From Candidatus Obscuribacteraceae bacterium (GTDB taxonomy: Bacteria > Cyanobacteriota > Vampirovibrionia > Obscuribacterales > Obscuribacteraceae), in contig JBGAHS010000005.1 in assembly GCA_044226015.1 (NCBI GenBank), positions 640,001 through 704,000 on the forward strand: DNA of 64,000 nucleotides, read 5' to 3'. The translations under genes and the position numbers were made by a program. The notes below the pieces were generated by a model. It saw only the letters and a program-made list of their open reading frames with translations. It did no database searches and was not told where the DNA came from. Shown in pieces: positions 48,011 through 58,646 of the stretch (its first letter is position 1; each line of letters opens with the position of its first letter).

Positions 48011-49270
48011 GTGTCTATCCGGCAACTCAAAACAAGTACGGAGCTCATCAGCCAATTTATGGATAATGCGCGAAAAGACAGCAAGCCATTCCTCGTTTGG
48101 CATAACCCTACTTGCATGAATCTACCCAGGAAAAAATCGTTAGCGCAAACGTTGGCAAATAGCAAAATGAGTTCGCGAATTGATGGCATCAATGCTGCTG
48201 CTTCAGCCCTATTAATTTTGACACTGTGCGGACTGCTCTTGATCCCCGTGCAATGTCATGCAATGGGAACTGAGGCACAATTTTTGCCGACGAAGTCGAA
48301 TTCATTGCACAACTCAGGCAAAGCACCATCAGGCATGGTCTGGATTCCGGGTGGTGAATTCTCTATGGGAAGCGATGACCCAACCGAAGGATTATGCAGC
48401 GGACGCGAGCATATGCCAGACGCACGCCCAATTCACCGCGTGTATGTTGATGGGTTCTGGATGGACAAAACAGAAGTGACAAACGAAGAATTTGCCAGAT
48501 TCGTCAAGGAAACGGGATATAAAACCGTAGCCGAAATTGCACCAACAGCAGAAGAATTTCCAACAGCACCAAAGGAGAATCTGGTAGCAGGCTCTATCGT
48601 GTTCACGCCAGCACCGCATCCGGTACCACTCGATAATATGTTTCAGTGGTGGCGCTATCAGAAGGGGGCAAACTGGCAACATCCTGAAGGTCCAGAAAGT
48701 AATATCGTGGGGAAAGAAAAATTTCCGGTGGTTCAAATCGCATATCAGGACGCAGAGGCGTACGCAAAGTGGGCGGGCAAACAACTTCCAACTGAAGCAG
48801 AGTGGGAATTCGCTGCACGTGGAGGCAAGAGTGGAGAGCCCTACACATGGGGAAAGGAATTTCAACCGCGCGGAAAATGGATGGCAAATATTTATCAGGG
48901 TACATTTCCTGTGAAGGATTTGGGAAGCGATGGGTTTGCTGGTATAGCACCCGTTGCTAAATACCCTGCGAATGGCTATGGACTCTACGATATGACAGGC
49001 AATGTTTGGGAGTGGTGCAAAGATTGGTATCGGGCGGATTATTATGAGCAACTGTGCGCTGCCGGAAAGAAGCTAGCACGTAATCCTCAAGGACCAGAAA
49101 ATTCCTGGGACCCAGCTGAGCCATCAGCAAAGAAACGCGTGCAACGTGGCGGTTCCTTTCTTTGCACAGCGCAGTACTGCACCAGATATATTGTCGGAAC
49201 CAGAGGAAAAGGTGAATTCTCCTCTGGTTCAAATCACGTTGGTTTTCGTTGCGTGAAGCCAAAGTTTTAG
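48011..49270 (+). CDS. Formylglycine-generating enzyme (SUMF1/FGE) family protein; true start probably near 48168
   Basis: GGEFSMGS, LPTEAEWEFAARGG, GLYDMTGNVWEW, RGGSFLC..QYC, GFRC. Confidence 0.9.
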   Translation: MSIRQLKTSTELISQFMDNARKDSKPFLVWHNPTCMNLPRKKSLAQTLANSKMSSRIDGINAAASALLILTLCGLLLIPVQCHAMGTEAQFLPTKSNSLHNSGKAPSGMVWIPGGEFSMGSDDPTEGLCSGREHMPDARPIHRVYVDGFWMDKTEVTNEEFARFVKETGYKTVAEIAPTAEEFPTAPKENLVAGSIVFTPAPHPVPLDNMFQWWRYQKGANWQHPEGPESNIVGKEKFPVVQIAYQDAEAYAKWAGKQLPTEAEWEFAARGGKSGEPYTWGKEFQPRGKWMANIYQGTFPVKDLGSDGFAGIAPVAKYPANGYGLYDMTGNVWEWCKDWYRADYYEQLCAAGKKLARNPQGPENSWDPAEPSAKKRVQRGGSFLCTAQYCTRYIVGTRGKGEFSSGSNHVGFRCVKPKF

Positions 49271-49462
49271 AAAGCTGAAGCAGATTTGCAGAGCGATTCG
49301 CGTAGACCTTGCCGTTTCAGCATTAGGCTTCTAAGGAAGTTGATTATCTGACAAAAACTTTGAAAGATAAGCAGAGGAAGCTGCACGAGATCGAATTGGA
49401 TCTTCGCGATTTGAAAAATCGATTCATGCAGGCTGAGACAAGCGCAGCAAATTGAGTACTTC

Positions 49463-50227
49463 TCACTTCGGCGAATTCAGAGTGCGTTCAATATCAGAGC
49501 TGATGTCTAGTGGTTTTACCGTGGGCGCGTATCGCTTCATCACAGTGCCGTCTTTGTCTACCAGAAATTTTGTGAAGTTCCACTTTATGCCCTGAGAGCC
49601 AAGTGCGCCTGGTGCCTTGCTCTTAAGAAACTTGTACAGAGGGTGCGCGCCGTCTCCATTAACGTCAATCTTCTCAAACATTGGAAAGGTTACACCGTAA
49701 TTCTTCTGGCAGAAGTTCGCAATCTCGCTGCTGTCACCAGGCTCCTGATGTCCGAATTGATCGCACGGGAACCCCAGTACGACCAAGCCTTGCGGCGAGT
49801 ACTTCTGATAAAGTTGCTCTAGTTCAGTGTATTGCGGAGTGAAGCCGCACTTGCTAGCAGTGTTGACGATTATTAGGACTTTGCCTTCAAACTGTGAGAG
49901 CGAGAGCTCTTTGCCATCCAATGATTTTGCGGTGCAATTGTAGATACTATTCACGCCTGGTGTTGAGTTCTTACTCACGGCGGTTGATCTCCAGAGAATT
50001 AGTGTGACGAGCGCGAGGAGTATTATCGCAAAATTGCGGCGGGTAAGTTGGGCTTTCTCAGGCACGGAAGTTTTCGCCTCTTTTCTGCTATTCGACTTCT
50101 TCCTTCGCACTTTAGGCTGAGTTCGTGAACGCTGCGTGGTCTCTTGTGTGGTCTCTTGTGTGATCTTTGTAATCACCAACATAGCCAGATGGTCGTCCAT
50201 GCTTAGTTCACGTAGATGTGGTGTCAT
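49463..50227 (-). CDS. Glutathione peroxidase family protein with N-terminal membrane anchor
   Basis: NTASKCGFTPQY, GFPCDQF, IKWNFTKFLVD. Confidence 0.92.
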   Translation of the reverse strand: MTPHLRELSMDDHLAMLVITKITQETTQETTQRSRTQPKVRRKKSNSRKEAKTSVPEKAQLTRRNFAIILLALVTLILWRSTAVSKNSTPGVNSIYNCTAKSLDGKELSLSQFEGKVLIIVNTASKCGFTPQYTELEQLYQKYSPQGLVVLGFPCDQFGHQEPGDSSEIANFCQKNYGVTFPMFEKIDVNGDGAHPLYKFLKSKAPGALGSQGIKWNFTKFLVDKDGTVMKRYAPTVKPLDISSDIERTLNSPK

Positions 50228-50391
50228 TAATGATGCATAGCTGGGTGATTCGTTGGTAAAAATGCTACTGATGACAGCTGTTGTTGTCAGGAAAATAGGC
50301 TTTACCGTCTAAGACTCGTCTAAATCTAAATTGAAACCATCGTGACATGCTATACAAAAGTGGGTCGAGCCAGCAGTAGGAGATATGGACT

Positions 50392-50829
50392 ATGTCATGG
50401 CTCTTCGTAGTGAATCTAGCATCCACCTGGTTTATGACCGGTTTAATCTGGTTTGTGCAAATCGTTCACTATCCCCTATTCACTTATGCGGCTGGTGAAA
50501 AATTCCAGGAGTTTGAACAAACACACTGCGACCTCACTGGTGCCATAGTGGTACCGGCCATGGTGACAGAGTTATTGTCTTCATTTGCTTTAGCGATTCT
50601 ATGGACAGGACAACAGCGATGGTTACTCTGGCTTAATTTCGCTCTGGTGTGCGCGATCTGGATTTGCACTGCGGCTCTCTCGGTTCCTTGCCATAGCCGC
50701 TTTTGCAGTGCGGGATATTCTGCTGCAGTCCTCAGCTTTCTTGTTGGGAGCAACTGGATCCGAACACTTCTCTGGACGGTCAGAGGTCTAATACTGGGAT
50801 TCCTGATGCTCAGGCGAACTGTTATCTGA
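50392..50829 (+). CDS. Hypothetical 4-TM membrane protein
   Basis: MTGLIWFVQIVHYPLF...NWIRT; AGGAG RBS. Confidence 0.8.
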   Translation: MSWLFVVNLASTWFMTGLIWFVQIVHYPLFTYAAGEKFQEFEQTHCDLTGAIVVPAMVTELLSSFALAILWTGQQRWLLWLNFALVCAIWICTAALSVPCHSRFCSAGYSAAVLSFLVGSNWIRTLLWTVRGLILGFLMLRRTVI

Positions 50830-50841
50830 ATCTTTCTCGGT

Positions 50842-50885
50842 TCAGCACTAAGAATTCTCCAGGAGCGGATAATTCTTAGTGCTGA
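50842..50885. terminator. Perfect 15-bp stem-loop downstream of the membrane-protein gene
   Basis: TCAGCACTAAGAATT-N14-AATTCTTAGTGCTGA. Confidence 0.55.
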
Positions 50886-51461
50886 GTATTCTCTAGATAT
50901 CCATTTGTCAGTATCAGATTACAACAGTACGATTCTTCGCATATTCTTCTTCTTCTGTAGCGGGCATGTAATGTTTGGATTTCTGCCGGAAACATGGAGA
51001 CTCAAGTGTGACCATAGCAATTTGTTTTTCTTGCGGTAAAATAAAGTTCGGTGGGTACTTGCCTTGTTCTAGCTGCAAGCTAGAGCCAAAGCAAGAAGAT
51101 GAGCTGGTTTATTCTTGGTGCTGACAGACCATTATTTTGATCGCGCGACTCTTGAGCAAATCAGTCAGGCTATGCAAGTGGACATCCTCGCCCATCTTTG
51201 CCTGCGGATCAATATGAGCAAGTTTTAGAGACCATTCGCAAGCGTGAAGCACGAGAAACGTCTGCTAAACTCAAACCAATCATTCTCATCGTTTCGATTA
51301 TTGCTGCCATTGTTGGAGCCTGGTTCCTCTTTGTACACCGCTAAAAATCTCAATGGTCCTAGACGGCATGGCGAAATCTTGCACCATGTGTCTGTCACGA
51401 TGAGATCGTTCATGGCGAAATCTCGCGCAATGTAAACTTCACGACGAATTCGCTGCAAGAG

Positions 51462-52520
51462 CTATTTGTAATATTTGTCATAGAATTTTATTGAGTTCTC
51501 TTGCGGTGCTCCTTCAACTTTGAGCGTCGTTGATGCATCATGCCCAAAGAACCAGATATTTGATTGAGCGACCTTCTCGACTTTTACCTGAGCCCTTCCA
51601 TGTGAAGCTTCATACTTATTGACGAGGTCTACCACCTGCTGAAGTTTGTCTGGACCAGCCTTTTGAGCCAGCTTAAATGACGCTGCGATATCATTGAATT
51701 CAGTTTTGTCTTTCCCAAAACTGCCCTGATGGTCATTTACTGAGTGAATTCTTTCGCTAACGAGGTTTGCCAATTCTTGAGCAAATTGCTTGGTCCAGCC
51801 TTCTTTTGCATATTTTTCGTATGGATTTAGTTTCACGAAGTCTTGCGAGTGATCATATGCGAACGGATAGCTAAACGCTTCAAGTTGTTTGTGCCAGTCT
51901 CCGTATCTGCCACCCTTTATGTTGATAGCAATTGATTCACCAGTTTGGCTTCCTATCATTCCTGGCTTGGCAGGAGGGGTATGAGTTACCTCAATCTTTA
52001 ACTTTCCGTCGAAAGGCGGTTTCTGGAGTCCTTCGTTTAAGTCCTTTATGAATTCCGGCAATTTGTTCGCTACCCCAGCCATTTCTAGTGCTGTGCGTGA
52101 ATCTTGCCATTGCTCACTCTTAGTGCCGAATTGCCCTTTCGCACCTGCTGCAGCGATGCAATCCAGAGTGTTTCTTACCAGGTCTTTGTGCAAGTCTTCT
52201 GTCCAACCATTAGCATTTAGGCGTTCTGCCGGAGCTAATTGTTTGAACTGCTTGGTGAATTCATAAAAATTGTGCGGCGTATATTTTGCTGTGGGATTAT
52301 TGCCTTCTTTTATTCTTGTGAAGGCTGTGCCTTCTTCAAGTAAAGGTTCTGGAAACAACTTGTCGACTGTTTTCTGGGCATGTTGCTCCCCAGCATTCGG
52401 TTTAGTGATTAACGTTGATGATTCAACGTGTGTTTTCTCGCTCAGCGTGACATTGTCTTGTTCCGGTTCATCAACGGCCGTATCTGGCGATTTCTCTTTA
52501 TCTTCAGAAAATCTGTCCAT
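51462..52520 (-). CDS. Hypothetical protein with two internal repeats
   Basis: F.QL.P.E.....GWT......L / F.KL.P.E.....GWT......L; G.FG.....W/F.D. Confidence 0.75.
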   Translation of the reverse strand: MDRFSEDKEKSPDTAVDEPEQDNVTLSEKTHVESSTLITKPNAGEQHAQKTVDKLFPEPLLEEGTAFTRIKEGNNPTAKYTPHNFYEFTKQFKQLAPAERLNANGWTEDLHKDLVRNTLDCIAAAGAKGQFGTKSEQWQDSRTALEMAGVANKLPEFIKDLNEGLQKPPFDGKLKIEVTHTPPAKPGMIGSQTGESIAINIKGGRYGDWHKQLEAFSYPFAYDHSQDFVKLNPYEKYAKEGWTKQFAQELANLVSERIHSVNDHQGSFGKDKTEFNDIAASFKLAQKAGPDKLQQVVDLVNKYEASHGRAQVKVEKVAQSNIWFFGHDASTTLKVEGAPQENSIKFYDKYYK

Positions 52521-52654
52521 TTCTTTCTCCCAATATCAAAAGAATCTACCGGGCATTTGTGACAAAGCCGTACCCTTCTATTTGAGTCACAATGACATAG
52601 CCAATGCCATTTCCGGTAGCAAATCAAAATTCGGATGGGATAGGAAGCTGTTAG

Positions 52655-53437
52655 CTAATCTGTTCCAGTATTGGCCACGACAACTTTCAGCTTCGGATTT
52701 AGCGCTTGCAGTTCCGCAAGACCCAGCTGTGATGATTGCGGCATGTTGTAAGCAAAGATGCGCTTCAACTTCGGAAAGCGGCTTAACAACTTAAACGCGT
52801 CATGCTCTGCCCAGACATGCGAGAGTGAGATTTCTTCGAGTTCAGGAGTGTCAAGTCCGGCAAGAAATCCTTTACTGAGTTTGCTTCGTCGCAGGCTGAA
52901 AAAATTCAATGCAGGCAAACTGATGTGACATGATGGAGCAGAAGTAATTGTCGTGTTCTCTAAAAGCAGCCTCTTGAGTGTGGGAGGTGCAGCTGCTGCG
53001 AAGCTTGCGCAGCCCGGCAAATCAGTTGAAATTTCAAGGAAAGAGAGATTCTTGAATCGATGTATACATTGCAGATCTGCCTCCGTGAGTGGTGCCATTT
53101 GACTTACAGCAAGTTCTTCAATAGTGGGATGATTATTCGAAAGATCACGAAGTGATTTTGCACAGTCTGTGGAAGCGATAAGAATGACTTCTTTTAGTCC
53201 TTTTAGAGAATTCGGGTTCTCGAACAGAGACACGTCCGAAGCGCTGAGCATGTGAACAGAGTGAACCGCCCTTTTGTTGATTTCTTTCCAATCATCATCT
53301 GACGGTGGCGCCTCTACCTCAAGGCTGCCATCGTGAAATTTTACAGCGTCTGAGCGATATGGTTGCTGTCCAAAACCGTAAGCAGCAAGAGTGGAAGTAA
53401 GAAAAAGAAACAGCAAAATGAATCTGGAAAATCTCAA
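52655..53437 (-). CDS. Exported leucine-rich-repeat-like protein
   Basis: Signal peptide; L..L.L periodicity. Confidence 0.65.
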   Translation of the reverse strand: MRFSRFILLFLFLTSTLAAYGFGQQPYRSDAVKFHDGSLEVEAPPSDDDWKEINKRAVHSVHMLSASDVSLFENPNSLKGLKEVILIASTDCAKSLRDLSNNHPTIEELAVSQMAPLTEADLQCIHRFKNLSFLEISTDLPGCASFAAAAPPTLKRLLLENTTITSAPSCHISLPALNFFSLRRSKLSKGFLAGLDTPELEEISLSHVWAEHDAFKLLSRFPKLKRIFAYNMPQSSQLGLAELQALNPKLKVVVANTGTD

Positions 53438-53703
53438 GACGAGGACCTCTGAGCTTTGTCGTCATGAGATAGTAGCAAACAGTAGTCGTCTTTTCCGGAG
53501 TTGAATCTAATCATCGCAGCCATTGAGTGTCAGTTTGTACTGTTTTAGATTGAACCCGCCAAATGAATATTTGACAAGCTAAGGAGCCTTCACTATTCTC
53601 TAAAGTTCATGAGAGGTTAGTGATGATCGCCAGTTTTCTCCTTGCAAAATCCTGCTTCGCAAAGCTGATTTTCTCTTTATTCTATAATCAGGAGACACCA
53701 CTG

Positions 53704-53729
53704 TAGCGCCACTGTTAGCAGTGGCGCTA
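53704..53729. terminator. GC-rich hairpin downstream of 53752..54741
   Basis: TAGCGCCACTG-TTAG-CAGTGGCGCTA; no clear U tract in the expected direction. Confidence 0.45.
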
Positions 53730-53751
53730 AAAATGCAGTGATAGTTTTCAA

Positions 53752-54741
53752 CTATTTCTTGTCTATGCGATGTTCTTCGATGTAAGCTTGAGGCTTTTGC
53801 GGAATTTGCTCAAGTAACTTTTGAATCTTCAATGGTTCAATTTGAAGAATTTCTCGAGGCGCTGGTGCTTGCTCTAATTTTGGCGCAGCATGCTCTCCTA
53901 TATTCTTTCCTAGCGCAGCAGCTGCACCGATAACAGCGGCTTCGGCCGCTTTTCGTGCGTTGTTAGCATCCACATCCGCTTCGACTGCATTTCGTTCTCG
54001 ATTTGCTCTGACGTCATCTTTGAAAAACTCATGTAGTCCTTTGAACTGTTGTGCGTCAGCATCTTGCCTTCGTAGAAGTTCCATGTTCGATTTCAGATCT
54101 ACTGGCACCACAGGAAACATAGTGTAGGAGCTACTCACCTTAATGCTCTGGTATTCGAGAGCAGGTTTGAGGCTGAGGTTCTTAATATTGAAGTCCTTTG
54201 GCAAATTCAGTTTGCCCGGGTCTAGAGTAACTTCGCGAATATTGCGCGGATTTGGTTCACTGAATTTGAAGTCGAGCAGCTTCGGGCTTCCAGCTGTTTT
54301 GAAACCTGCATATCCTGCAAGTGCCATTGTTGGATAATCTACCAAAGCGGTTCCTAAATTGTTTGCGACAATCATTTTGTTTTGGTCAAAATTATTGCCT
54401 GATTTCCATGTGTCTGCCATTGCTCCCAGAGTTGGAACAGCGCGCCTTCCGACGTCGGCTGCAGCTGCGAGTCCGCATACACCGCCTACTACTTTAGCTG
54501 CAGCGCCCCAACGCCCACCTGCATTAAGTGCAGTTTTTAGAGCATAAGCACCGGCAAAAGCAATTCCTGAGTCACGTAAAATTTCGCCTGGGTCTGACAG
54601 TCTGTGCCGAACCCCGTCTGCAATTCCACCTCTTAGAAGATCCGCTTCGCGCTGAAGCTTCGTAAGCGTTCCTTCTTGAACATTGTTTTGTCCGTTAACC
54701 TGTTTTTCTTCAATGACTGGTCTAAGTATATTATCTGGCAT
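53752..54741 (-). CDS. Hypothetical protein with Gly/Ala-rich hydrophobic helices
   Basis: 329-aa ORF; GGGAG RBS. Confidence 0.7.
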   Translation of the reverse strand: MPDNILRPVIEEKQVNGQNNVQEGTLTKLQREADLLRGGIADGVRHRLSDPGEILRDSGIAFAGAYALKTALNAGGRWGAAAKVVGGVCGLAAAADVGRRAVPTLGAMADTWKSGNNFDQNKMIVANNLGTALVDYPTMALAGYAGFKTAGSPKLLDFKFSEPNPRNIREVTLDPGKLNLPKDFNIKNLSLKPALEYQSIKVSSSYTMFPVVPVDLKSNMELLRRQDADAQQFKGLHEFFKDDVRANRERNAVEADVDANNARKAAEAAVIGAAAALGKNIGEHAAPKLEQAPAPREILQIEPLKIQKLLEQIPQKPQAYIEEHRIDKK

Positions 54742-54966
54742 AAGATCTCCCCATCTATCTTTATGCCAACCAAGCGATGATAAGAGCTTAATGCAGATTT
54801 ACACTGCTACAGCTGTGTATTTCTACAGTCTTCCCGCGGAAATTACGTAGTAGGAGCTCACCCATTTCCATAAGTTGGCACTGATGCCTCTTTCGCCCTG
54901 GCGATTGAAATATCATGCTACCTTGTGACGGCAATGAAGCCCTGTGAATTTCCGCTTCTATGTGGC

Positions 54967-55467
54967 TCATGCACTAGCTTTGTTCGTTTCAAATTGCTTC
55001 TTAAAATTATTCATCAGAATTGGCATCTTCTTTTCCGTATCAATACGCATCAGTGGTGCCAGTAATGATGCGAGGAACCCATTTGTTTCAACGGTGATGT
55101 GCAGAACCAATAGGTTTTCTGAGTGCTCGGACAATTGGTGGAAAAATATGAATCTTGAGCCGAGAAGAGTGAATTCGTCAGTATATGAATGTGGTTCATT
55201 GAAGCTTGTCACCACAAGCTCTACTTCAGGTCCACCCTTCATTCTTAATTTGCCCTTGCTGCCCAACCGCAAGGGTCCGTCAAATATAACGCTCTCCATA
55301 AAAATGTCCCAAGTGTGCATTGTTTGCCAATCCACAAGCTTATGCCAGACGGCTTCTAGACTTCCTTGAATCTGAATTTTACTATCAGCAATTTTCATCG
55401 ATTGAGTTACCTTGCAAGCAGATTGCTCCGCAGTCATCACGACGTGATTATTTGTAGACCTTACCAT
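54967..55467 (-). CDS. SRPBCC/polyketide cyclase-like protein
   Basis: VW..L.D......W......DGP...G..G pattern. Confidence 0.7.
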   Translation of the reverse strand: MVRSTNNHVVMTAEQSACKVTQSMKIADSKIQIQGSLEAVWHKLVDWQTMHTWDIFMESVIFDGPLRLGSKGKLRMKGGPEVELVVTSFNEPHSYTDEFTLLGSRFIFFHQLSEHSENLLVLHITVETNGFLASLLAPLMRIDTEKKMPILMNNFKKQFETNKASA

Positions 55468-55509
55468 TACAGCAAAGCAGTTGGGCGCCAGAGTTTCATA
55501 GTTGCTATA

Positions 55510-56337
55510 TTAACTCAAAAGTAGTTCCAGCAGCGCAGCGGGACCCGCCCTGGTGATGTTCAAGGTCGCTCTGTCCAGAGATAATCTAAGCACTTCATCC
55601 AGGTTACTTGATTTGCCGATTGATGCCAAAAAGGTGCCTGCAAATGTATCGCCCGCTCCGGTAGGATCAAATTCTGTGACATTTTTTGCCGCTGCATTTC
55701 TAGACATTCCGTCACTGTAGATGGTTGCGCCTAGCCTTCCCTGGGTCACGCAAATGATTTGCTCACCAATTGGTTTCAAGGGAAACGATGTCGGCTCGAA
55801 TATTGCTTTGCTTTCATTTTCGTTCATGAAAATAAAATCGCAATTAGAGATAAGCTCTCTTACTGAACCAGTTTCACCATAGGCAATCTTTCCATAGGTG
55901 CCTGCTGAAATTTTGCACTTGGACTGGTGTTTTATGGCGCGCAAGAAATCCAGTTGTCTTTTTGCGCTGCTAAGTGCTGCAATATGAACAATGTCGAATT
56001 CAGCTAGGTTTGCTGGAAGATATGCCGGGGTAAGTTCTGACTCTGCCCCCCAGCTTGCTGCAATCAGCGTGGCGCGATCATTTCCATGATGAATGATTTC
56101 CAGATGTGGAAAGGCGTCTGAGGACGTTTTTGGTCCTATCCATTCGAACTTCAAGTTGTCGAGGTTCTTACAAAATTCGAAGTCAGGTTTGGGCGCCAGC
56201 AGGGTAACTTCAGCACCTGCAGCACAAGCTGCCAGAGACGAATAGAAGGCAGCACCACCAGTAGTATCGAAGCTCTTTGCCCTTGTTTCGAGATGGATGC
56301 GGTCTCGTGATGCGCATCCGATAAAAAGCAGTTTCAT
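55510..56337 (-). CDS. PfkB-family carbohydrate kinase
   Basis: GGAAFY, MNENE, VTQG..GA, DPTGAGDTFAG; start MKLLFIG at 56337. Confidence 0.9.
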   Translation of the reverse strand: MKLLFIGCASRDRIHLETRAKSFDTTGGAAFYSSLAACAAGAEVTLLAPKPDFEFCKNLDNLKFEWIGPKTSSDAFPHLEIIHHGNDRATLIAASWGAESELTPAYLPANLAEFDIVHIAALSSAKRQLDFLRAIKHQSKCKISAGTYGKIAYGETGSVRELISNCDFIFMNENESKAIFEPTSFPLKPIGEQIICVTQGRLGATIYSDGMSRNAAAKNVTEFDPTGAGDTFAGTFLASIGKSSNLDEVLRLSLDRATLNITRAGPAALLELLLS

Positions 56338-56485
56338 GCTAGTACTTAATCCATGGAAGTGCGAAAGCTCTAAGTCTATCAGCTTGTAATCTGCAAATAT
56401 CCTGATGGACGGCACAAAGCCATCCAATATTAATTTCCATACGATGTTCATTGGGTATAATCGTGAAGCAAGCCACAGAACAAAC

Positions 56486-58432
56486 ATGATCAAAATTGGT
56501 AGCGTCTTCGACAATAGGTATCTCATCGAGAAAGAACTCGGTGAGGGCGGTATGGGTAAGGTTTATAAAGCCCGCCAGATAGATGCAGATCGTGAGGTTG
56601 CTCTTAAGCTGTTGAAAGAGATTCACGATGTGGAGAATAAAGAACGCTTCTTCCGTGAGTTCAAGATTCTTTCTGAGCTTCAGCATCAGCACATTATGAC
56701 TGTCTATGGGCTTGCCCTGTATGCAGACTCGGTTCCTTATGCTGTATGTGAGCTTTTGGATGGGAAGAGTTTGAGGCAGCTCTTATTAGAACGTGGGCAT
56801 TTGTCCTGGCAGGAAGTTGTTGAAATCGCTCTGCAAGTCGCAAGTGCTTTGAGCTTTGCTCACAAGAGTAGCGTGATACATAGAGATTTGAAGCCGGAGA
56901 ATATCATTCTTGTTAATAAGCCACGAGAAAACTATGTAAAAATTATCGATTTTGGATTGTCCAAAGTGCTGGATACTTCCGATGAAAAGCTTACCTCTAC
57001 TGGGCAATTGCTTGGAAGTCCTATGTACATGAGCCCAGAACAACTAACGCAGGTTGCCGACTCGCGAAGCGATATTTATTCTCTAGGTTGCATCATATTC
57101 GAAATGCTTGCCGGTGAGAATCTGTTCCCTTCTGATGTTCCTGTTGCTGCGCTGTACAGGCACACGACCGATCGTGCCACCGAGCGTGTTAGTGCCATCA
57201 AGGACGAAGTTCCTGAAGACCTGATCAGACTTGTGCTCGGTATGCTTGCGAAGGACCCTGCTCAGCGCATTCAAACTGCAGATGATGTCTTTCTGCGCTT
57301 GGACCAAATATTGCAGAAGCCTGGAAAGTTTATGCGCTCGCGGTCAATTCTTTCAAGTGACAAGGGTAAGTCATGGAGGCTTCGGCTTGTTGCAGGGCTG
57401 GCGCTAATAGTAATAATAGGGTTTGCAGTGGATTCAGCTCGAAAACGCGAGCTTCTCAAAGAAACTGCTCCAATACTCAAACAGGCCGTTGCTAAACAAC
57501 TCGGGGAAATCGTCAGGATCCGCAGCAAGTTCCATACTGCACTCGTTCTTTCTTCGTCTCGAAGCGGTCAAAAACCACTTAGTGAAACTGAAGGTAGCGA
57601 AGGTCGTAAATGTATTAGCTGGTTGAAAAAATTGGAAAATGAGGCAAAAACAAGATCTGACAAATTCAATGTTTATTGGTTGGAAGCGCAGTTTTACGGT
57701 GATCTTCAAGAACATGGCGCGAAATTGTTAGCCCTGCAGAAATGCTTAAGCCTTCTCACTAGTGATAACAGAAAAAGGTATGAAGAGACGCCGTCAATTT
57801 TTGCTTTAATTGCATCTACTTGTCGTTATGGTTTTGATAAAGAGCATGAAAAGGCATTGCAGTACTGCAAGATGGCAATTGAGGCAGGCAGCGAGAATTC
57901 CAGATGGGTAGCCGCTGGTCATCAACTTGACAGGCTTTGTACCTTGAGAGATGGTCCACCGGTGGGAGACGATAATCACGTTCACGCTCTGTTGGCGGAA
58001 GAGTACATGCGCCTCGGAGATTACCGAGATGCTGCGAGGGAAGCGAAATTCGTTAGTGATTTAGAAGAAGCCGCTTTTCCTCAAACCTATCCAGGTAATG
58101 CCACCATCACCAACGTCGTGATGTACGCTGAAGCATTACGAATGTTGGGACGAAAAGATGAGGGTGCAAGGCACATCGATAGAGTATTGGCCAGAGTTAA
58201 CAAAAGAGATGAATTGCCTCCAAGAGATCGTGTTCAGCAAAGAGCGCTTGCTTGCGATCTGCTTCGGATTTATAGTTCGGCGATATACTGGTTCAATGCA
58301 CATGGATTTCAGCATCTCACCAAGAAGTATGCAGATATATCGATGGATTTTGCGAAGTATTATGGTCTGAAGTATGATCCTTATTCGAAATTGCCACCAT
58401 CCGATCCCGAATATGACAACTCTTCACATTGA
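56486..58432 (+). CDS. Hanks-type Ser/Thr protein kinase with TM and helical C-terminal region
   Basis: GEGGMGKV, VALK, HRDLKPEN, DFG, YMSPEQ. Confidence 0.92.
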   Translation: MIKIGSVFDNRYLIEKELGEGGMGKVYKARQIDADREVALKLLKEIHDVENKERFFREFKILSELQHQHIMTVYGLALYADSVPYAVCELLDGKSLRQLLLERGHLSWQEVVEIALQVASALSFAHKSSVIHRDLKPENIILVNKPRENYVKIIDFGLSKVLDTSDEKLTSTGQLLGSPMYMSPEQLTQVADSRSDIYSLGCIIFEMLAGENLFPSDVPVAALYRHTTDRATERVSAIKDEVPEDLIRLVLGMLAKDPAQRIQTADDVFLRLDQILQKPGKFMRSRSILSSDKGKSWRLRLVAGLALIVIIGFAVDSARKRELLKETAPILKQAVAKQLGEIVRIRSKFHTALVLSSSRSGQKPLSETEGSEGRKCISWLKKLENEAKTRSDKFNVYWLEAQFYGDLQEHGAKLLALQKCLSLLTSDNRKRYEETPSIFALIASTCRYGFDKEHEKALQYCKMAIEAGSENSRWVAAGHQLDRLCTLRDGPPVGDDNHVHALLAEEYMRLGDYRDAAREAKFVSDLEEAAFPQTYPGNATITNVVMYAEALRMLGRKDEGARHIDRVLARVNKRDELPPRDRVQQRALACDLLRIYSSAIYWFNAHGFQHLTKKYADISMDFAKYYGLKYDPYSKLPPSDPEYDNSSH

Positions 58433-58554
58433 GACGCGAAACCGTGAATCTTGCTCGATTTCGGATTATGCGTGAAATCGTTGCAGCAAGCGGATCGTCA
58501 CGTGTAAAATCGCTTGTGAATCTGAGCACTGCTACAACTGTGCACTACTGTTTA

Positions 58555-58614
58555 TTGACGGTTAACTTTGGCATTTAAAGTTGACGGTTAACTTTGACAG
58601 TTAACCTTGGCATT
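58555..58614. repeat. Three copies of TTGACRGTTAAC
   Basis: Copies start at 58555, 58581 and 58594, between convergent genes. Confidence 0.7.
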
Positions 58615-58646
58615 CATCTTTGTCGCAAGAAGACTCGCAGAAAACA

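Noticed and set aside
50890..51450. Small membrane-protein gene ending ...IVGAWFLFVHR
   Set aside because: The plus-strand frame has a TM-like end but no supported start; possibly a pseudogene.
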